50,968 nt of DNA from Minisyncoccia bacterium (GCA_049699995.1 JBNAWD010000002.1:1-50968); one strand, 5' to 3'; shown: positions 10,857 to 21,355, counted from the stretch's first letter. Made by a program: numbers and translations. Notes: generated by a model not told the origin, from the letters alone.

Positions 10857-11321
10857 TCAACTAACGATTATTTTTCCAAAATAAAATAAACAACTGACAA
10901 TTAAACCAGCTAGAAAAACACCAAAGGAAATCAAAAAGAAAGCTTCTTTTTTATTAAACTTCATTAAAAAGGCAGCCACTGACCCCGTCCAAGCGCCGGT
11001 CAAAGGTAAAGGCAAAGCCACAAAAATAATCAAAGCCAATTTTCCCCATTTTTCAAAAGATTTTTTGAATTTTTCGTCAGTCCGATTAAAATACCAAGAA
11101 AAAATTCTTTGAAAAATTTTAAAACGAGAAAAATAAAAAACGACTTTTTCTAATAAAATCATAAGAAAAAATACAGGAAAAATATTTCCTAAAAAGCAAA
11201 TTAAAAAAGCAACGAAAAATGGAAGATGATAAACTGTTAAGGCCAAAGGCAAAGCTCCCCGAATTTCTAAAATTGGCAAAGCGGAAATAAAAAAAACTTT
11301 TAAAATATTAAAAAAATTCAT
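10857..11321 (-). CDS. small membrane protein (putative small multidrug export family, COG2426-like)
   Basis: ALPILEIRGALPLA motif and 4 TM helices. Its start overlaps the map stop codon (ATGA). Confidence 0.6.
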   Translation of the reverse strand: MNFFNILKVFFISALPILEIRGALPLALTVYHLPFFVAFLICFLGNIFPVFFLMILLEKVVFYFSRFKIFQRIFSWYFNRTDEKFKKSFEKWGKLALIIFVALPLPLTGAWTGSVAAFLMKFNKKEAFFLISFGVFLAGLIVSCLFYFGKIIVS

Positions 11322-12088
11322 TTTATCAATGGGGTAAGAATTATCCCTTTTGTTTTCCCTACCGCCACTGTGGCTTCAAAATGGACAGAAACTTTTTTGT
11401 CCAAAGTTTCGAAACTTCCATCTTGATTTTCTTTTATTAAACCGCAACCATCAGTTAACATTGGCTCAATAGCCAAAACCATTCCTTTTTTCAATTCAAG
11501 GCCTTCATTTTTCTCGCCAAAATTATAAACCAACGGATCTTCATGAACATAATAACCTACTCCATGACCAGCCAAATCTTTAATCACCTGAAAGCCATTT
11601 TCTGTAATTGTTTTTTCTATCACAAAACCGATATCTCCCAATCTTTTTCCTTCTCTCATTAAAGCAATAGCTCTCTTTAAAGCTTTCTTGCCAACATTAA
11701 TCATTTTTTGATATTCTTCTTTAATCTTTCCAGTGCCCAAAGTAATAGCCATATCAGTGAAAAAACCTTTGTATTTTATTCCTAAATCTAAAGAAACAAT
11801 GTCTCCCTCTTTTAAAACAATCTCTTTTTTAGGTAATCCATGAACAATTACTTCATTAACAGAAACGCACAAACTATTAGGAAAGGGCTTTGAAGCGAAA
11901 GAAGGTTGATAATTTAAAAAAGCGGGCTCAGCTTTATAGTTTTTGATTAAAGAATAAGCTTTTTGATCCAAATAATCCAAAGTAATTCCCGCTCGAACTT
12001 CCCGAGAAAGTTTTTTTAAAATTAATGACAAAATTTTTCCTCCTTCTTTGAGGACTTTTATCTCTTCCTCTTTTTTTAAAAAAATCAT
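11318..12088 (-). CDS. map: methionine aminopeptidase type I
   Basis: Shows the family pattern ..VHG.P....L.EGDIVS.D.G....G...D.A.T...G.., then GHG.G...HE and ..A.EP.., and sits in the expected position after adk. Confidence 0.93.
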   Translation of the reverse strand: MIFLKKEEEIKVLKEGGKILSLILKKLSREVRAGITLDYLDQKAYSLIKNYKAEPAFLNYQPSFASKPFPNSLCVSVNEVIVHGLPKKEIVLKEGDIVSLDLGIKYKGFFTDMAITLGTGKIKEEYQKMINVGKKALKRAIALMREGKRLGDIGFVIEKTITENGFQVIKDLAGHGVGYYVHEDPLVYNFGEKNEGLELKKGMVLAIEPMLTDGCGLIKENQDGSFETLDKKVSVHFEATVAVGKTKGIILTPLIK

Positions 12089-12735
12089 AGACTCTTTAAA
12101 ATTCTTTGAAAAATTTCTTCTACTGTTCCTTCGGCTTTTACTTTAATTAATAATCCTTTTTTTTCAAAAAATTTTATCACTGGAAAAACGGTTTTGTAAA
12201 AATCTTTTAACCTTCTTTCTAAAGCCCTTAAGTTGTCATCCGGTCTCTTGTTTAATTTAACTTTGCAAATTGGGCACTTTAAATCTTTTTTCAACTCCGG
12301 ATTTAAAATCAAGGAGTATTCTTTTAGACATTTAGGACAAAGATAACGAGCTTTTATTCTCTTTTTTAATTCTTCATCGGAAACATCTAAATAAATTGCT
12401 TTGATATTTTTTCTTTTTAGCCAATCCAATACCTCCAATAAAATTTTTGCCTCCTCCAGTTGGCGAGGACTGCCTTCAAAAATTACTCCTTGCCTTAAAG
12501 GAACTTTTATTATTTCATTTAACCAACACCATACCACTAACCACATCGGCACCAATTCTCCTTTTTTCATTATCTTTTCTATTCTTTCTTTAAAAGGATG
12601 TTTTTGAAAAATCAATTCTCTTAAAATTTCTCCAGAATCAATAGCATAAAGATTAAATTTTTTCTTTAATAACTCAGCTTGGGTGCCTTTGCCCGAACCT
12701 GGTTTTCCTAAAAAAATAATATTAATAGACTTCAT
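12085..12735 (-). CDS. adk: adenylate kinase (zinc-lid type)
   Basis: P-loop GKPGSGKGTQ, lid CPKC...CPIC, and position after secY. Confidence 0.93.
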   Translation of the reverse strand: MKSINIIFLGKPGSGKGTQAELLKKKFNLYAIDSGEILRELIFQKHPFKERIEKIMKKGELVPMWLVVWCWLNEIIKVPLRQGVIFEGSPRQLEEAKILLEVLDWLKRKNIKAIYLDVSDEELKKRIKARYLCPKCLKEYSLILNPELKKDLKCPICKVKLNKRPDDNLRALERRLKDFYKTVFPVIKFFEKKGLLIKVKAEGTVEEIFQRILKSL

Positions 12736-13993
12736 ATTCTCGCATTATTAATTGAGATTCAATAGCATTCATAATTTCAATAGCCACTTGCACCATAATC
12801 AAGAGAGAAGTTCCACCGATAGCCATTGTTGTTACTCCAGTAAATTTCTGCATCAAAATAGGTAAAACTGCTATTAATCCCAAAAAAAGAGCGCCAAAAA
12901 AAGTAATCCGGCTAGTCACTTGACTTAAAAAGTCAATAGTCATTTTACCTGGCCGATAACCCGGAATAAATCCTCCTCTTTTTTGAAGATTCTCAGCAAT
13001 AGTATCTGGTTCAAAAGTAATAAAAGTATAAAAATAAGTAAAAATGAAAACTAGTAAAAAGTAAGTAATCAAGTAAGCAGGGCTCCCTTGATGAAAACTA
13101 TTAATTAAATTGATTAATTTTAAAAGAAACGGATTGGTTGTTTTTGACAAAAAATAAGTAAACATTTGCGGGAACATTAAAATAGAAAGGGCAAAAATAA
13201 TTGGGATGACTCCCGCTTGATTAATTTTTAAAGGTAAATAAGTGGCCGCTCCGCCATAAATTTTTGTTCCCCGAACTTGTTTGGCATAATGTACTGGAAT
13301 CTTTCTCTCTGCCAAAGAGATATAAACTACGCTGATAATTATCAAAATCAACAAAGCAAAAAAGATAATAATATTTAAAAGATTTTTTAAAGAAGCAGTT
13401 AAAATAGTGGCTAAAATCTCTCGGGGTAAATCAATAACTATTCCGGAAAAAATTAGAAAAGAAATACCATTGCCAATCTTTTGCTCGGTAATCAATTCAC
13501 CCAACCACATCAAAAAAACAGAAGAAGTAGTTACAATAATAATATCGACAATAAAATCCCAAGGGTTTTTAAAAACTATTACTCCCTGTCTTGATAAGAG
13601 AGTCAAAAAACTAAAACCCTGAAAAGCGGCTAAAGGAATTGTTAAAACTCGCGAGTATTGCATAAACTTTGCCCTTTCTTTACTTGTCCCTTTATAAAGC
13701 ATTTCTTTTAACGCCGGGGAAATAAAGGTCAAAAGCTGCATTATAATTGAAGCGGTGATATAAGGGCCAACGCCCAAAAGCACAATTGAGATATTTCGGA
13801 AAGCTCCACCAGTAAAGACATTAAATAAACCAAAAATCTGATATCTTTGAAAAAAAGTAGTTAATTGGTTTTTATCAACATTAGGTAAAGGAATGGCAGC
13901 CATTACTCGGAAAATTAAAAGCAAAAGAAAAACTATGAAAACTTTCTTTCTTAGCTCTGGGGTTTTCAAGAAAATTAATAATTTTTTTAGCAT
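12722..13993 (-). CDS. secY: preprotein translocase subunit SecY
   Basis: 10-TM profile, GVGPYITASII motif, and position after rplO. Confidence 0.95.
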   Translation of the reverse strand: MLKKLLIFLKTPELRKKVFIVFLLLLIFRVMAAIPLPNVDKNQLTTFFQRYQIFGLFNVFTGGAFRNISIVLLGVGPYITASIIMQLLTFISPALKEMLYKGTSKERAKFMQYSRVLTIPLAAFQGFSFLTLLSRQGVIVFKNPWDFIVDIIIVTTSSVFLMWLGELITEQKIGNGISFLIFSGIVIDLPREILATILTASLKNLLNIIIFFALLILIIISVVYISLAERKIPVHYAKQVRGTKIYGGAATYLPLKINQAGVIPIIFALSILMFPQMFTYFLSKTTNPFLLKLINLINSFHQGSPAYLITYFLLVFIFTYFYTFITFEPDTIAENLQKRGGFIPGYRPGKMTIDFLSQVTSRITFFGALFLGLIAVLPILMQKFTGVTTMAIGGTSLLIMVQVAIEIMNAIESQLIMREYEVY

Positions 13994-14030
13994 AAAATTT
14001 ATTTTTTTATTTTTTAATAAATCAATATAA

Positions 14031-14468
14031 TCAATCGATAATTTGCCCCCCTGCCTTCAATATTGCTTCCCTTAGCTTTTTTGTTAAAAGGCACTTTTTA
14101 ATAACAAAAGGAGCCTTTACCTCTTGACTTCCGATAATTTTTACAGTATACCTTTTGCTTTTAGGAAGTCTAACTAACTCGGCCTCCTTTAATTTTTTTG
14201 GGGAAATTATACCTCCTTGGGGGAATTTTTCTATTATTTTTTCCCATTTTACTTCAATTTTTTCTCTTTTTTTATTTATTTTTAATCCCAACCCCTTCTT
14301 CTTGGGAAACTTTAAAATCATTTCCCTTAATTGGCTTTTGATCTTTCGACCTGCTCTTGCTTTTTGACCTTTAAGCCCTCGGCCAGAATAAGTCCCCCTT
14401 TTTCCTCCTCTTCCTACTCTTTTTTTCTTTCTACTCTTAATAGATGGTTTTAGTTCGTGAACCTGCAT
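14031..14468 (-). CDS. rplO: 50S ribosomal protein L15
   Basis: KKRVGRGGKRGTYSGRGLKGQKARAG motif and spc-operon position. Confidence 0.95.
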   Translation of the reverse strand: MQVHELKPSIKSRKKKRVGRGGKRGTYSGRGLKGQKARAGRKIKSQLREMILKFPKKKGLGLKINKKREKIEVKWEKIIEKFPQGGIISPKKLKEAELVRLPKSKRYTVKIIGSQEVKAPFVIKKCLLTKKLREAILKAGGQIID

Positions 14469-14477
14469 AATTTTATT

Positions 14478-14948
14478 TTACTTTAAATTTAGTTGTTGCA
14501 AAGCCGTAATAGTAGCCCGGGCATTGCTAATAGCATTTCCCGTTCTTCCTAAAATTTTAGCACTAACATTAGGAATTCCCGCCAGTTTCAAAATGGCCCG
14601 GACCGCTCCTCCGGCAATAATTCCCTTTCCTTTCTTAGCTGGTTTTACAATTACCTTGGCCGCTTTATATTTTGCTTCCACCGGAAAAGGAATAGTAGCG
14701 TTTTCAATTGGCACAGAAACAAGATTTTTCTTGGCATTATGAACTGCCTTTTGAATCGCCAACGGGACATCCCTTCCTTTTCCTACTCCTATTCCTACTA
14801 AATGATTCACATTATCCCCAATAACAACTGTCGCCCTAAAACTTAATCTCTTTCCGCCAGCCACTACCCTTGTTACTCTTCGAATATCTAAAATCATTTC
14901 TTCGAAATCTCCTTTTGTTTTTGATTGTTTATTATTATTGATAGACAT
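14478..14948 (-). CDS. rpsE: 30S ribosomal protein S5
   Basis: RRVTRVVAGGKRLSFRA..VIGD...GIGVGKG motif and operon order. Confidence 0.95.
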   Translation of the reverse strand: MSINNNKQSKTKGDFEEMILDIRRVTRVVAGGKRLSFRATVVIGDNVNHLVGIGVGKGRDVPLAIQKAVHNAKKNLVSVPIENATIPFPVEAKYKAAKVIVKPAKKGKGIIAGGAVRAILKLAGIPNVSAKILGRTGNAISNARATITALQQLNLK

Positions 14949-14960
14949 TATAGAAAATTA

Positions 14961-15323
14961 TCAAATTTTTAAAAATTTTCTTGCTCCTTCACATAAACTT
15001 TTTATTCGACCGTGATACTTAAAACCTCCTCGATCAAAGACTGCCTCTTTAATATTTTTTTCTTTCGCCTTTTTTCCTAAAAGCTCTCCGGTTAATTTTG
15101 CTTTTTCTGTTTTTGTCAATTTTTTTTCTGTTTGAATCTCTAAATCTGAAGCTGAAACTAAAGTTTTATGGTTAATATCATCTATCAATTGGGCATAAAT
15201 ATGACCCAAAGACCGATAAACAGATAAGCGGGGCCTTTCGAGGTTCCCCAAAATTCTCGCTCTTCCTCTTTTATGTCTTCTAATTCTTTTTTCTCTTTTT
15301 TCCTTAATTCTATTAATAGCCAT
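14961..15323 (-). CDS. rplR: 50S ribosomal protein L18
   Basis: RPRLSVYRSLGHIYAQLIDD motif and operon order. Confidence 0.95.
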   Translation of the reverse strand: MAINRIKEKREKRIRRHKRGRARILGNLERPRLSVYRSLGHIYAQLIDDINHKTLVSASDLEIQTEKKLTKTEKAKLTGELLGKKAKEKNIKEAVFDRGGFKYHGRIKSLCEGARKFLKI

Positions 15324-15350
15324 ATTAATTTAAATCATTATAAATAAATT

Positions 15351-15905
15351 TTAACCGGCCGAACCAACAACTTTTTTACCCATCTTTCTTCTAACATATT
15401 CCCCAACATATTTAATTCCTTTTCCCTGATAAGGCTCCACTGGTTTTTGTTTTTTGATTAAAGCGGCAAATTGACCGACCTTTTCTTTAGATATTCCAGA
15501 AACAGTAATAATATTTTTTTCTATTGAAACCTCAATCCCTGGAGGAATATCTAAAACAACTGGATGACTATAACCTAATTTTAAAATAAGTTTATTACCT
15601 TCTTTCTCAGCTTTATATCCTAAACCGTTAATTTCTAATTGCTTGGAAAAGCCTTCGTTTACCCCTTTAATTAAATTATTTATTAGAGCCCTTAAGGTCC
15701 CCCATAAAGCAGAGGTATTCTTCTCTTTTTGAATTTTTTCTTTCGGCAAGATTTTTAAAAGATTGTTTTCTATTTGAACTTCAAATCCTTCAAATATTTT
15801 TAAACTATCCTCTCCTTTAGGACCCTTTATTTTCAAAGTATCGTTTTCTAACGAAATATTTACTTTTTCTGGGATAATAATTGCTTTTTTTCCTATTCTT
15901 GACAT
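15351..15905 (-). CDS. rplF: 50S ribosomal protein L6
   Basis: MSRIGKK.I.IP..V N-terminus, ..KGPKGE.., and operon order. Confidence 0.95.
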   Translation of the reverse strand: MSRIGKKAIIIPEKVNISLENDTLKIKGPKGEDSLKIFEGFEVQIENNLLKILPKEKIQKEKNTSALWGTLRALINNLIKGVNEGFSKQLEINGLGYKAEKEGNKLILKLGYSHPVVLDIPPGIEVSIEKNIITVSGISKEKVGQFAALIKKQKPVEPYQGKGIKYVGEYVRRKMGKKVVGSAG

Positions 15906-15915
15906 ACTTTTTAAA

Positions 15916-16308
15916 TTACCAAATTTCCATTAAAACTTCTCCACCGACCTTAAGTTTTTTTGCTTCCTTATCACTCATTATCCCTTTGGACGTAGAAAGG
16001 ACTCGGATACCTAAACCACCTTTAAAAGGATATAACTCTCTGGCTCCCAAATATATCCTTCGGGACGGTTTAGAAACCCTTTTTATTTCATTGATAACTG
16101 GTTTATTTTCTTGATATTTTAAAGTTATTTTTATTATCTTTTTTCCTTTTTTTTGAAATTTTTCTATTTCGTTTAAGTAATTGTTGTTTTTTAATACTTC
16201 CAAAATAGACCATTTTAAACGAGAATAAGGAACACAAACAGTTTCTTTTTTAACTGCTTGGGCATTTCTGATTCTAGTTATCATATCAGCGATAGGATCG
16301 GTAAGCAT
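15916..16308 (-). CDS. rpsH: 30S ribosomal protein S8
   Basis: TDPIADMITRIRNA N-terminus and operon order. Confidence 0.95.
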   Translation of the reverse strand: MLTDPIADMITRIRNAQAVKKETVCVPYSRLKWSILEVLKNNNYLNEIEKFQKKGKKIIKITLKYQENKPVINEIKRVSKPSRRIYLGARELYPFKGGLGIRVLSTSKGIMSDKEAKKLKVGGEVLMEIW

Positions 16309-16335
16309 AATTTTGAATTATTTAAAATTATTTAT

Positions 16336-16521
16336 TTACCAACTTGCTTTTCTTATACCGGGGATTTCCCCTTTCGAAGCCAACTCTCGAAAACAAATTC
16401 GACACAATCCAAAATCCCTCATGTATCCTCTTTTCCTTCCGCAACGCCAACATCTTCTAACTATACGAGTAGAGTACTTTGGCTTCTTTTTCGCTCTTTC
16501 AATTACTGATTTTTTGGGCAT
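16336..16521 (-). CDS. rpsZ: 30S ribosomal protein S14 type Z (zinc-binding)
   Basis: 61 aa with CWRCGR...CRIC and a C-terminal KASW. Confidence 0.95.
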   Translation of the reverse strand: MPKKSVIERAKKKPKYSTRIVRRCWRCGRKRGYMRDFGLCRICFRELASKGEIPGIRKASW

Positions 16522-16534
16522 AATTCTTTCTTTT

Positions 16535-17116
16535 TTATTTATTTCCTTTTTCTAAAGGAAAACCCATTAATTGATAGACCCTGATTGCCAAATCTCTTTT
16601 CCTAATATTAGGAACAAAACTAACCTCTAAGCTTAAATTAAAAGGAAGGGTTTCTTTGCTCACTTCGGGAAAAATACTAATATCTTTTATACCATAGTTT
16701 AAATTTCCTTTTTCATCTATATTTTTAAAAGAAATACCCCAAAAATCTCTAATTCTGGGTAAAACTAAATGGATAAATCTAAACAGAAAATCTTCCATTT
16801 TCTTTTTTCTTAATGTGACCTTCAAGCCCACCGGCATTCCTTCCCTTAATTTAAAACCAGCAATTGATTTTTTAGCTTTTATTACTACCGGCATCTGGCC
16901 GCTAATTAAAGCTATCAATTCTTGGGCTTTTTTTAGAGTATCCGGATTATTCTTAGAATTAGTCATTAATTTCCCTATTCCGCAATTAATGACTACCTTT
17001 TCTATTCTTGGTATCTGATGAATATTCTTTAAAGAAAATTCTTTTTTGATCTCCGGAATAACTTGCTGAAAATAAGTTTTTTTAAAATTATTCTCAATTA
17101 TTTTTTCCTTAACCAT
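16535..17116 (-). CDS. rplE: 50S ribosomal protein L5
   Basis: [15 protein letters not shown] motif and operon order. Confidence 0.95.
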   Translation of the reverse strand: MVKEKIIENNFKKTYFQQVIPEIKKEFSLKNIHQIPRIEKVVINCGIGKLMTNSKNNPDTLKKAQELIALISGQMPVVIKAKKSIAGFKLREGMPVGLKVTLRKKKMEDFLFRFIHLVLPRIRDFWGISFKNIDEKGNLNYGIKDISIFPEVSKETLPFNLSLEVSFVPNIRKRDLAIRVYQLMGFPLEKGNK

Positions 17117-17119
17117 ATT

Positions 17120-17443
17120 TTATTTTATTTCACTAATAATTTTTCCACATTTTTTACAAATCCGAAACTTTTTTTCTTGCTCCGATAAAATCCCCACCCG
17201 AGTTGGTTTTTGGCAACTTGGACAAACTAAAGCTACATTAGCAACGCTAATAGGTCTAGAAACATTAACAATCTCCCCTTTTTCTCCTTCTCTTTTTGGT
17301 TTTTTAAATTTCTTAACTAAATTTAATCCCTCCACTATTAATCTTTCCCCTTTATCGGTAACCTTAAGAACACGGCCTGTTTTTTTTCGGTCTTTTCCTT
17401 TTAAAATCATTACTAAATCTCCTTTTTTTATTTTCTTTTTCAT
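17120..17443 (-). CDS. rplX: 50S ribosomal protein L24 (Cys4 zinc-ribbon form)
   Basis: KKGD.V....GKD.GK.G.V KOW motif. The CPSC...CKKC pattern is known from Thermus-type L24. Confidence 0.93.
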   Translation of the reverse strand: MKKKIKKGDLVMILKGKDRKKTGRVLKVTDKGERLIVEGLNLVKKFKKPKREGEKGEIVNVSRPISVANVALVCPSCQKPTRVGILSEQEKKFRICKKCGKIISEIK

Positions 17444-17447
17444 AGAA

Positions 17448-17816
17448 TCAAACTAATTCTTTAGCCAAAGCGGCAATTTTTTCGAACCCTTTATTTTTTA
17501 TTTCTTTTGGAAGGGGACCCAAAATTCTATTTCCCAAGGCCTCCCCCTTATCGTTGATCAAAACAGCGGCATTCTCATCAAATCTAATATAACTCCCATC
17601 TTTCCTGCGGAAAGGTTTCCTCTGCCTAATTAATAAAGCCTTTACCACATCTCCCTTTTTCACCTCTTTCCTGGGCTCCGCTACCAAAACCGAAGCAACT
17701 ATAATATCTCCAATCTCTGCTTTTTTCGCTCGAGATCCTTTCAAAACGCGAAAACATCTTATAAACTTTGCTCCGCTATTATCCGCTACTTTTATTATTG
17801 ACCTTGGTTGAATCAT
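17448..17816 (-). CDS. rplN: 50S ribosomal protein L14
   Basis: MIQ.RS...VADNSGAK N-terminus. Confidence 0.95.
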   Translation of the reverse strand: MIQPRSIIKVADNSGAKFIRCFRVLKGSRAKKAEIGDIIVASVLVAEPRKEVKKGDVVKALLIRQRKPFRRKDGSYIRFDENAAVLINDKGEALGNRILGPLPKEIKNKGFEKIAALAKELV

Positions 17817-17863
17817 ATTTGAGTTTTAAAAATATAACAAAAATTCGTTATTTTCACAAGTTT

Positions 17864-18124
17864 TTATATTGTCTTTTTTATAATCCGCCACCTCTTTTCC
17901 TTAGACAAAGGCCTTGTTTGCTCAATGATCACTTTTTCTCCTTCCTTGAATTTATTATTTGGGTTATGGGCCTTAAATTTTTTATGTCTTCTATAATATT
18001 TTTTATATTTAGGGTGAAACTTCAGATGCTCCACTTCCACAACAGCGGTGTTTTTCATTTTGGCGGAAACAATAACCCCTTTTAACCTTCTTGTCATTTT
18101 TCTTTTTTCTATTTGGTTTTTCAT
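17864..18124 (-). CDS. rpsQ: 30S ribosomal protein S17
   Basis: G.V.S.KM.NT.VV.VE....HP.YKK......K..AH motif and operon order. Confidence 0.93.
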   Translation of the reverse strand: MKNQIEKRKMTRRLKGVIVSAKMKNTAVVEVEHLKFHPKYKKYYRRHKKFKAHNPNNKFKEGEKVIIEQTRPLSKEKRWRIIKKTI

Positions 18125-18134
18125 AAATTTTTAT

Positions 18135-18329
18135 TTATTTTCTTTGTTTTCTTTCATTTAAAATGGTTAAAACTCGAGCAATGTCTTTTTTTAATAATTT
18201 AATTTCCTGGGCATTTTTTAATTTTCCTAATGAATAATTAATCTTCAAGTCTGTTAATTTTTTCTGAGAAGACTTTAATAATTCTTCTAATTCTTGGTCA
18301 CTTTTTTTCCTTAATTCTTTAGGCTCCAT
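18135..18329 (-). CDS. rpmC: 50S ribosomal protein L29
   Basis: 64-aa helical protein with ELR..S..EL pattern, lying between rplP and rpsQ. Confidence 0.9.
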   Translation of the reverse strand: MEPKELRKKSDQELEELLKSSQKKLTDLKINYSLGKLKNAQEIKLLKKDIARVLTILNERKQRK

Positions 18330-18338
18330 ATTTTTTTA

Positions 18339-18752
18339 TTATTCCCTAACTACTATTTTTGTTTTAATTGGTAGTTTAGAAGAAGCCAACCGGAAAGCTT
18401 CCTTTGCTTTTTCCAAGGAAACTCCATCAATTTCAAAAATAATCCTCCCAGGTTTAACCGGAGCAACATAATATTCTACCGACCCTTTCCCGCCTCCCAT
18501 TGTCACTTCTGGCGGTTTCTTGGTGATTGGCTTATCGGGAAAAATCCTTAACCAAACCTTTCCTTCTTTTGATAAGCAACGAGCAATAGTTCGATAAGCT
18601 GATTCCAACTGTTGAGAAGTCAACCATTTCTCCTCTAAAGCTTTTAAACCATAAGAGCCAAAATTTAATTCAATTCCCCGGGTTTCTTTTTGTCGATCCC
18701 TCTTTCTCCCTTTTTGCCATTTTCTATGTTTGACTTTTTTAGGTAAAAGCAT
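18339..18752 (-). CDS. rplP: 50S ribosomal protein L16
   Basis: [16 protein letters not shown]-terminus. Confidence 0.95.
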   Translation of the reverse strand: MLLPKKVKHRKWQKGRKRDRQKETRGIELNFGSYGLKALEEKWLTSQQLESAYRTIARCLSKEGKVWLRIFPDKPITKKPPEVTMGGGKGSVEYYVAPVKPGRIIFEIDGVSLEKAKEAFRLASSKLPIKTKIVVRE

Positions 18753-18753
18753 G

Positions 18754-19404
18754 TTATTTTTTATTTTCTTTTAAATCTTTTTCTCCTTTATAAATCCAAA
18801 CTTTCACGCCCACCACCCCATACGTGCAATAGGCCTCGCTAAAACCATAATCAATATCTGCTCTCAAAGTCGATAAAGGCAACTTTCCTTCTTTTAACCA
18901 TTCATCTCGGGCAATTTCATTCCCGTCAAGTCTCCCAGAAAGCATAATTTTCGCTCCCAAAACTCCTTTATTTTGCATTATCCTTTTTAGATACTGATTC
19001 ATTACTAATCGATAGGGTTTTCTTTTTTCTATATCCTCGGCGATAGCTTGAGCTAATATCCGGGCAGATGTCTCGGGATTTTTTACTTCCTCGATAGAAA
19101 TAATTACATTTACTTTCGACCCGATAAGCTTTTTTATTTTTTCTTCTAAAATCTTAACCCCTTGACCTTGACGACCGATTAAAAGACCGGTTCTGGAAGT
19201 ATAAATAGTAATCTTTATGTCTTTCCCTTTTCTTTCTATTTCCACGTTTTCAATTCTAAAAGCCTTTTTTCTCCCCATTATTAGCTCTCTAATTTTATAA
19301 TCTTCTTCCAAAATATTAGGCAAATTCTTTAAATCTAACCACTGAGAAGACCATTTCTCAGTAATGCCAAGCCGAAAAGATTTTGGATGAGTCTTGTGAG
19401 TCAT
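18754..19404 (-). CDS. rpsC: 30S ribosomal protein S3
   Basis: HP.SFRLGI...W.S.W, a KH domain, and operon order. Confidence 0.95.
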   Translation of the reverse strand: MTHKTHPKSFRLGITEKWSSQWLDLKNLPNILEEDYKIRELIMGRKKAFRIENVEIERKGKDIKITIYTSRTGLLIGRQGQGVKILEEKIKKLIGSKVNVIISIEEVKNPETSARILAQAIAEDIEKRKPYRLVMNQYLKRIMQNKGVLGAKIMLSGRLDGNEIARDEWLKEGKLPLSTLRADIDYGFSEAYCTYGVVGVKVWIYKGEKDLKENKK

Positions 19405-19407
19405 ATT

Positions 19408-19761
19408 TTATTCTTTTGATTTTTTACTATTAACTTCTTTTAAAACCATCAAAATGTGAGAAGATCTCTTTTTGATTAAGGAAGCCGAACCCCTGGCCCT
19501 TGGCATCCACCTTTTTAAAGCCGGACCTTCATCTACCCTTAACTGAGCAATATAAAGAGTGTCAGGGGATAAATTAAAATTATTTTTAGCATTAGAAACA
19601 GCTGATTTCAATAATTTTAACAAAGGCTCTTTGGCCCTTTTCTTTAAAAGCCTTAAATAGCTTTCGGCTTCTTTAACCTTCTTCCCCCGAATTAAATCAG
19701 CCACTAATCTTACTTTCCTTGGGCTTATCCTTAAATAATTTAAAGAGGCTTTGACTTCCAT
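19408..19761 (-). CDS. rplV: 50S ribosomal protein L22
   Basis: ..L..SPRK.RLVADLIRGK.V.EA motif. Confidence 0.95.
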   Translation of the reverse strand: MEVKASLNYLRISPRKVRLVADLIRGKKVKEAESYLRLLKKRAKEPLLKLLKSAVSNAKNNFNLSPDTLYIAQLRVDEGPALKRWMPRARGSASLIKKRSSHILMVLKEVNSKKSKE

Positions 19762-19766
19762 ATAAA

Positions 19767-20084
19767 TTATTTTTGGATATTAGTTTGAGATTCCTGAGAC
19801 TTCATTTTTGCCTCTAGCTCTCTCTGCATTCGACCGCCATGTTTAATAAACTTTCGCGTCGGAGCAAATTCTCCTAATCGATGGCCAACCATTTCTTCTT
19901 TTATTTCCACTTTTATAAAATTCTTGCCGTTATAAACTTCGAAAATATAACCGATCATCTCAGGTGTAATTATGGTATCTCTCGACCAAGTACGAATAGG
20001 AACCTTCTCTTCCGGTTTTACTTTCTGAATTTTTTTTAAAATTTTTGGGTCAACAAAAATTCCCTTTTTAAGAGATCGGGTCAT
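19767..20084 (-). CDS. rpsS: 30S ribosomal protein S19
   Basis: RSLKKG.FVD and GH.LGEFAPTR motifs. Confidence 0.95.
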   Translation of the reverse strand: MTRSLKKGIFVDPKILKKIQKVKPEEKVPIRTWSRDTIITPEMIGYIFEVYNGKNFIKVEIKEEMVGHRLGEFAPTRKFIKHGGRMQRELEAKMKSQESQTNIQK

Positions 20085-20095
20085 AATTTTTTATG

Positions 20096-20932
20096 TTATT
20101 TTTTCATTTTCTTTCTTTTTCGCCTTTCGACTATTAGACTTTGTGAATATTTCTTCTTTTTCCGAGTTTTTCTTCCTCCAGTAATATTCCCCCAAATATC
20201 TTTTGGTCTTCGAGTGCCTCTTTGAGTTCTTCCTTCTCCACCCCCATAAGGATGATCAACGGGATTCATAGCCGAGCCTCTTACCGTTGGCCTTATCCCT
20301 TTATGACGAGAACGACCAGCCTTTCCCAACTGAACAATACTGTGCTCTTCTTTTGATAATTGACCAATTGAAGCATAACAATTTTCTGGCACTTTTCTTA
20401 TCTCTTCAGAAGGCATTTTTAAATAGGCATACCCTCCATCTAAGGCCAATAATTGGGCATAGGTGCCAGCGGATCGAGCTATTTTCCCTTTACTTGAAGG
20501 CTTTATCTCGATATTATGGATCAAAGTACCAACGGGAATATTTTTTAACATTAAACGATTTCCAGCCTTAATAGGAGCATTCTCATCACATAAAATTTCA
20601 TCTCCCACTTTTAGATCTTTCGGAGCCAAAATATAACCCCAATCGCCATCTCGATAGGAAACCAAAGCGATATAGACAGTCCGAAATGGATCGTATTCTA
20701 TTGATTTTATTATCCCGGGGACCCCTTTTTTCTCTTGGCCAAAATTTATCTTTCGATAAAGTTTTTTATTCCCTCCACCCTTATGCCTCATACTGATTTT
20801 CCCTTTTGATCGGCCCTTACTTCTCTTCTTAAAGAAGACCAATGGCTTAAAAGGCTCAGAAGCGGTAACCATTGAGCTATCAGGCGCTTGATAATGACGT
20901 CTTGCGGGAGTTGTCGGTTTATAAGATTTCAT
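20096..20932 (-). CDS. rplB: 50S ribosomal protein L2
   Basis: GRN..GRIT-like region, MNPVDHPYGGGEGR motif, and operon order. Confidence 0.95.
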   Translation of the reverse strand: MKSYKPTTPARRHYQAPDSSMVTASEPFKPLVFFKKRSKGRSKGKISMRHKGGGNKKLYRKINFGQEKKGVPGIIKSIEYDPFRTVYIALVSYRDGDWGYILAPKDLKVGDEILCDENAPIKAGNRLMLKNIPVGTLIHNIEIKPSSKGKIARSAGTYAQLLALDGGYAYLKMPSEEIRKVPENCYASIGQLSKEEHSIVQLGKAGRSRHKGIRPTVRGSAMNPVDHPYGGGEGRTQRGTRRPKDIWGNITGGRKTRKKKKYSQSLIVERRKRKKMKK

Positions 20933-20952
20933 AATAATAAAATTTATTAAAT

Positions 20953-21354
20953 TTAAACTCCTATATCTATTTTGTATCCTTCTTCTAAAGTAACAATTGC
21001 TTTTTTATATTTTGGTTCTCGACCAACTATTCTCATCCACTTCTTTTTTCTCTTTTTCCCTTTAATAATATTAACCTTTTTTACCTTGACTCTATAATAT
21101 CTTTCGATTTGTTTTTTTATCTCGCTTTTATTAGCTCCTTTTAAAACTTCAAAAAAATATTTATTCAATTCTTGATGACGAGTTGCTTTTTCTGTTAAGA
21201 GAGGTCGCTTGACCAGAAACAAAAAACCTTCAGAAGGTTTCTCTCCGCTTCCGCTAATTTCTTCCTTGGCTGGCGCTCTCTTTTCTTCTGTCTTTTTCTC
21301 TTTTGAAACAGTCTTTTTTTCTTTTTGTTTTCCTAAAAAATTTAGACGGACCAT
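20953..21354 (-). CDS. rplW: 50S ribosomal protein L23 with a ~44-aa K/E-rich N-terminal extension
   Basis: The core begins at ..VKRPLLTEKA... The ATG at 21354 is 1 nt after the rplD stop. Confidence 0.9.
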   Translation of the reverse strand: MVRLNFLGKQKEKKTVSKEKKTEEKRAPAKEEISGSGEKPSEGFLFLVKRPLLTEKATRHQELNKYFFEVLKGANKSEIKKQIERYYRVKVKKVNIIKGKKRKKKWMRIVGREPKYKKAIVTLEEGYKIDIGV

Positions 21355-21355
21355 A

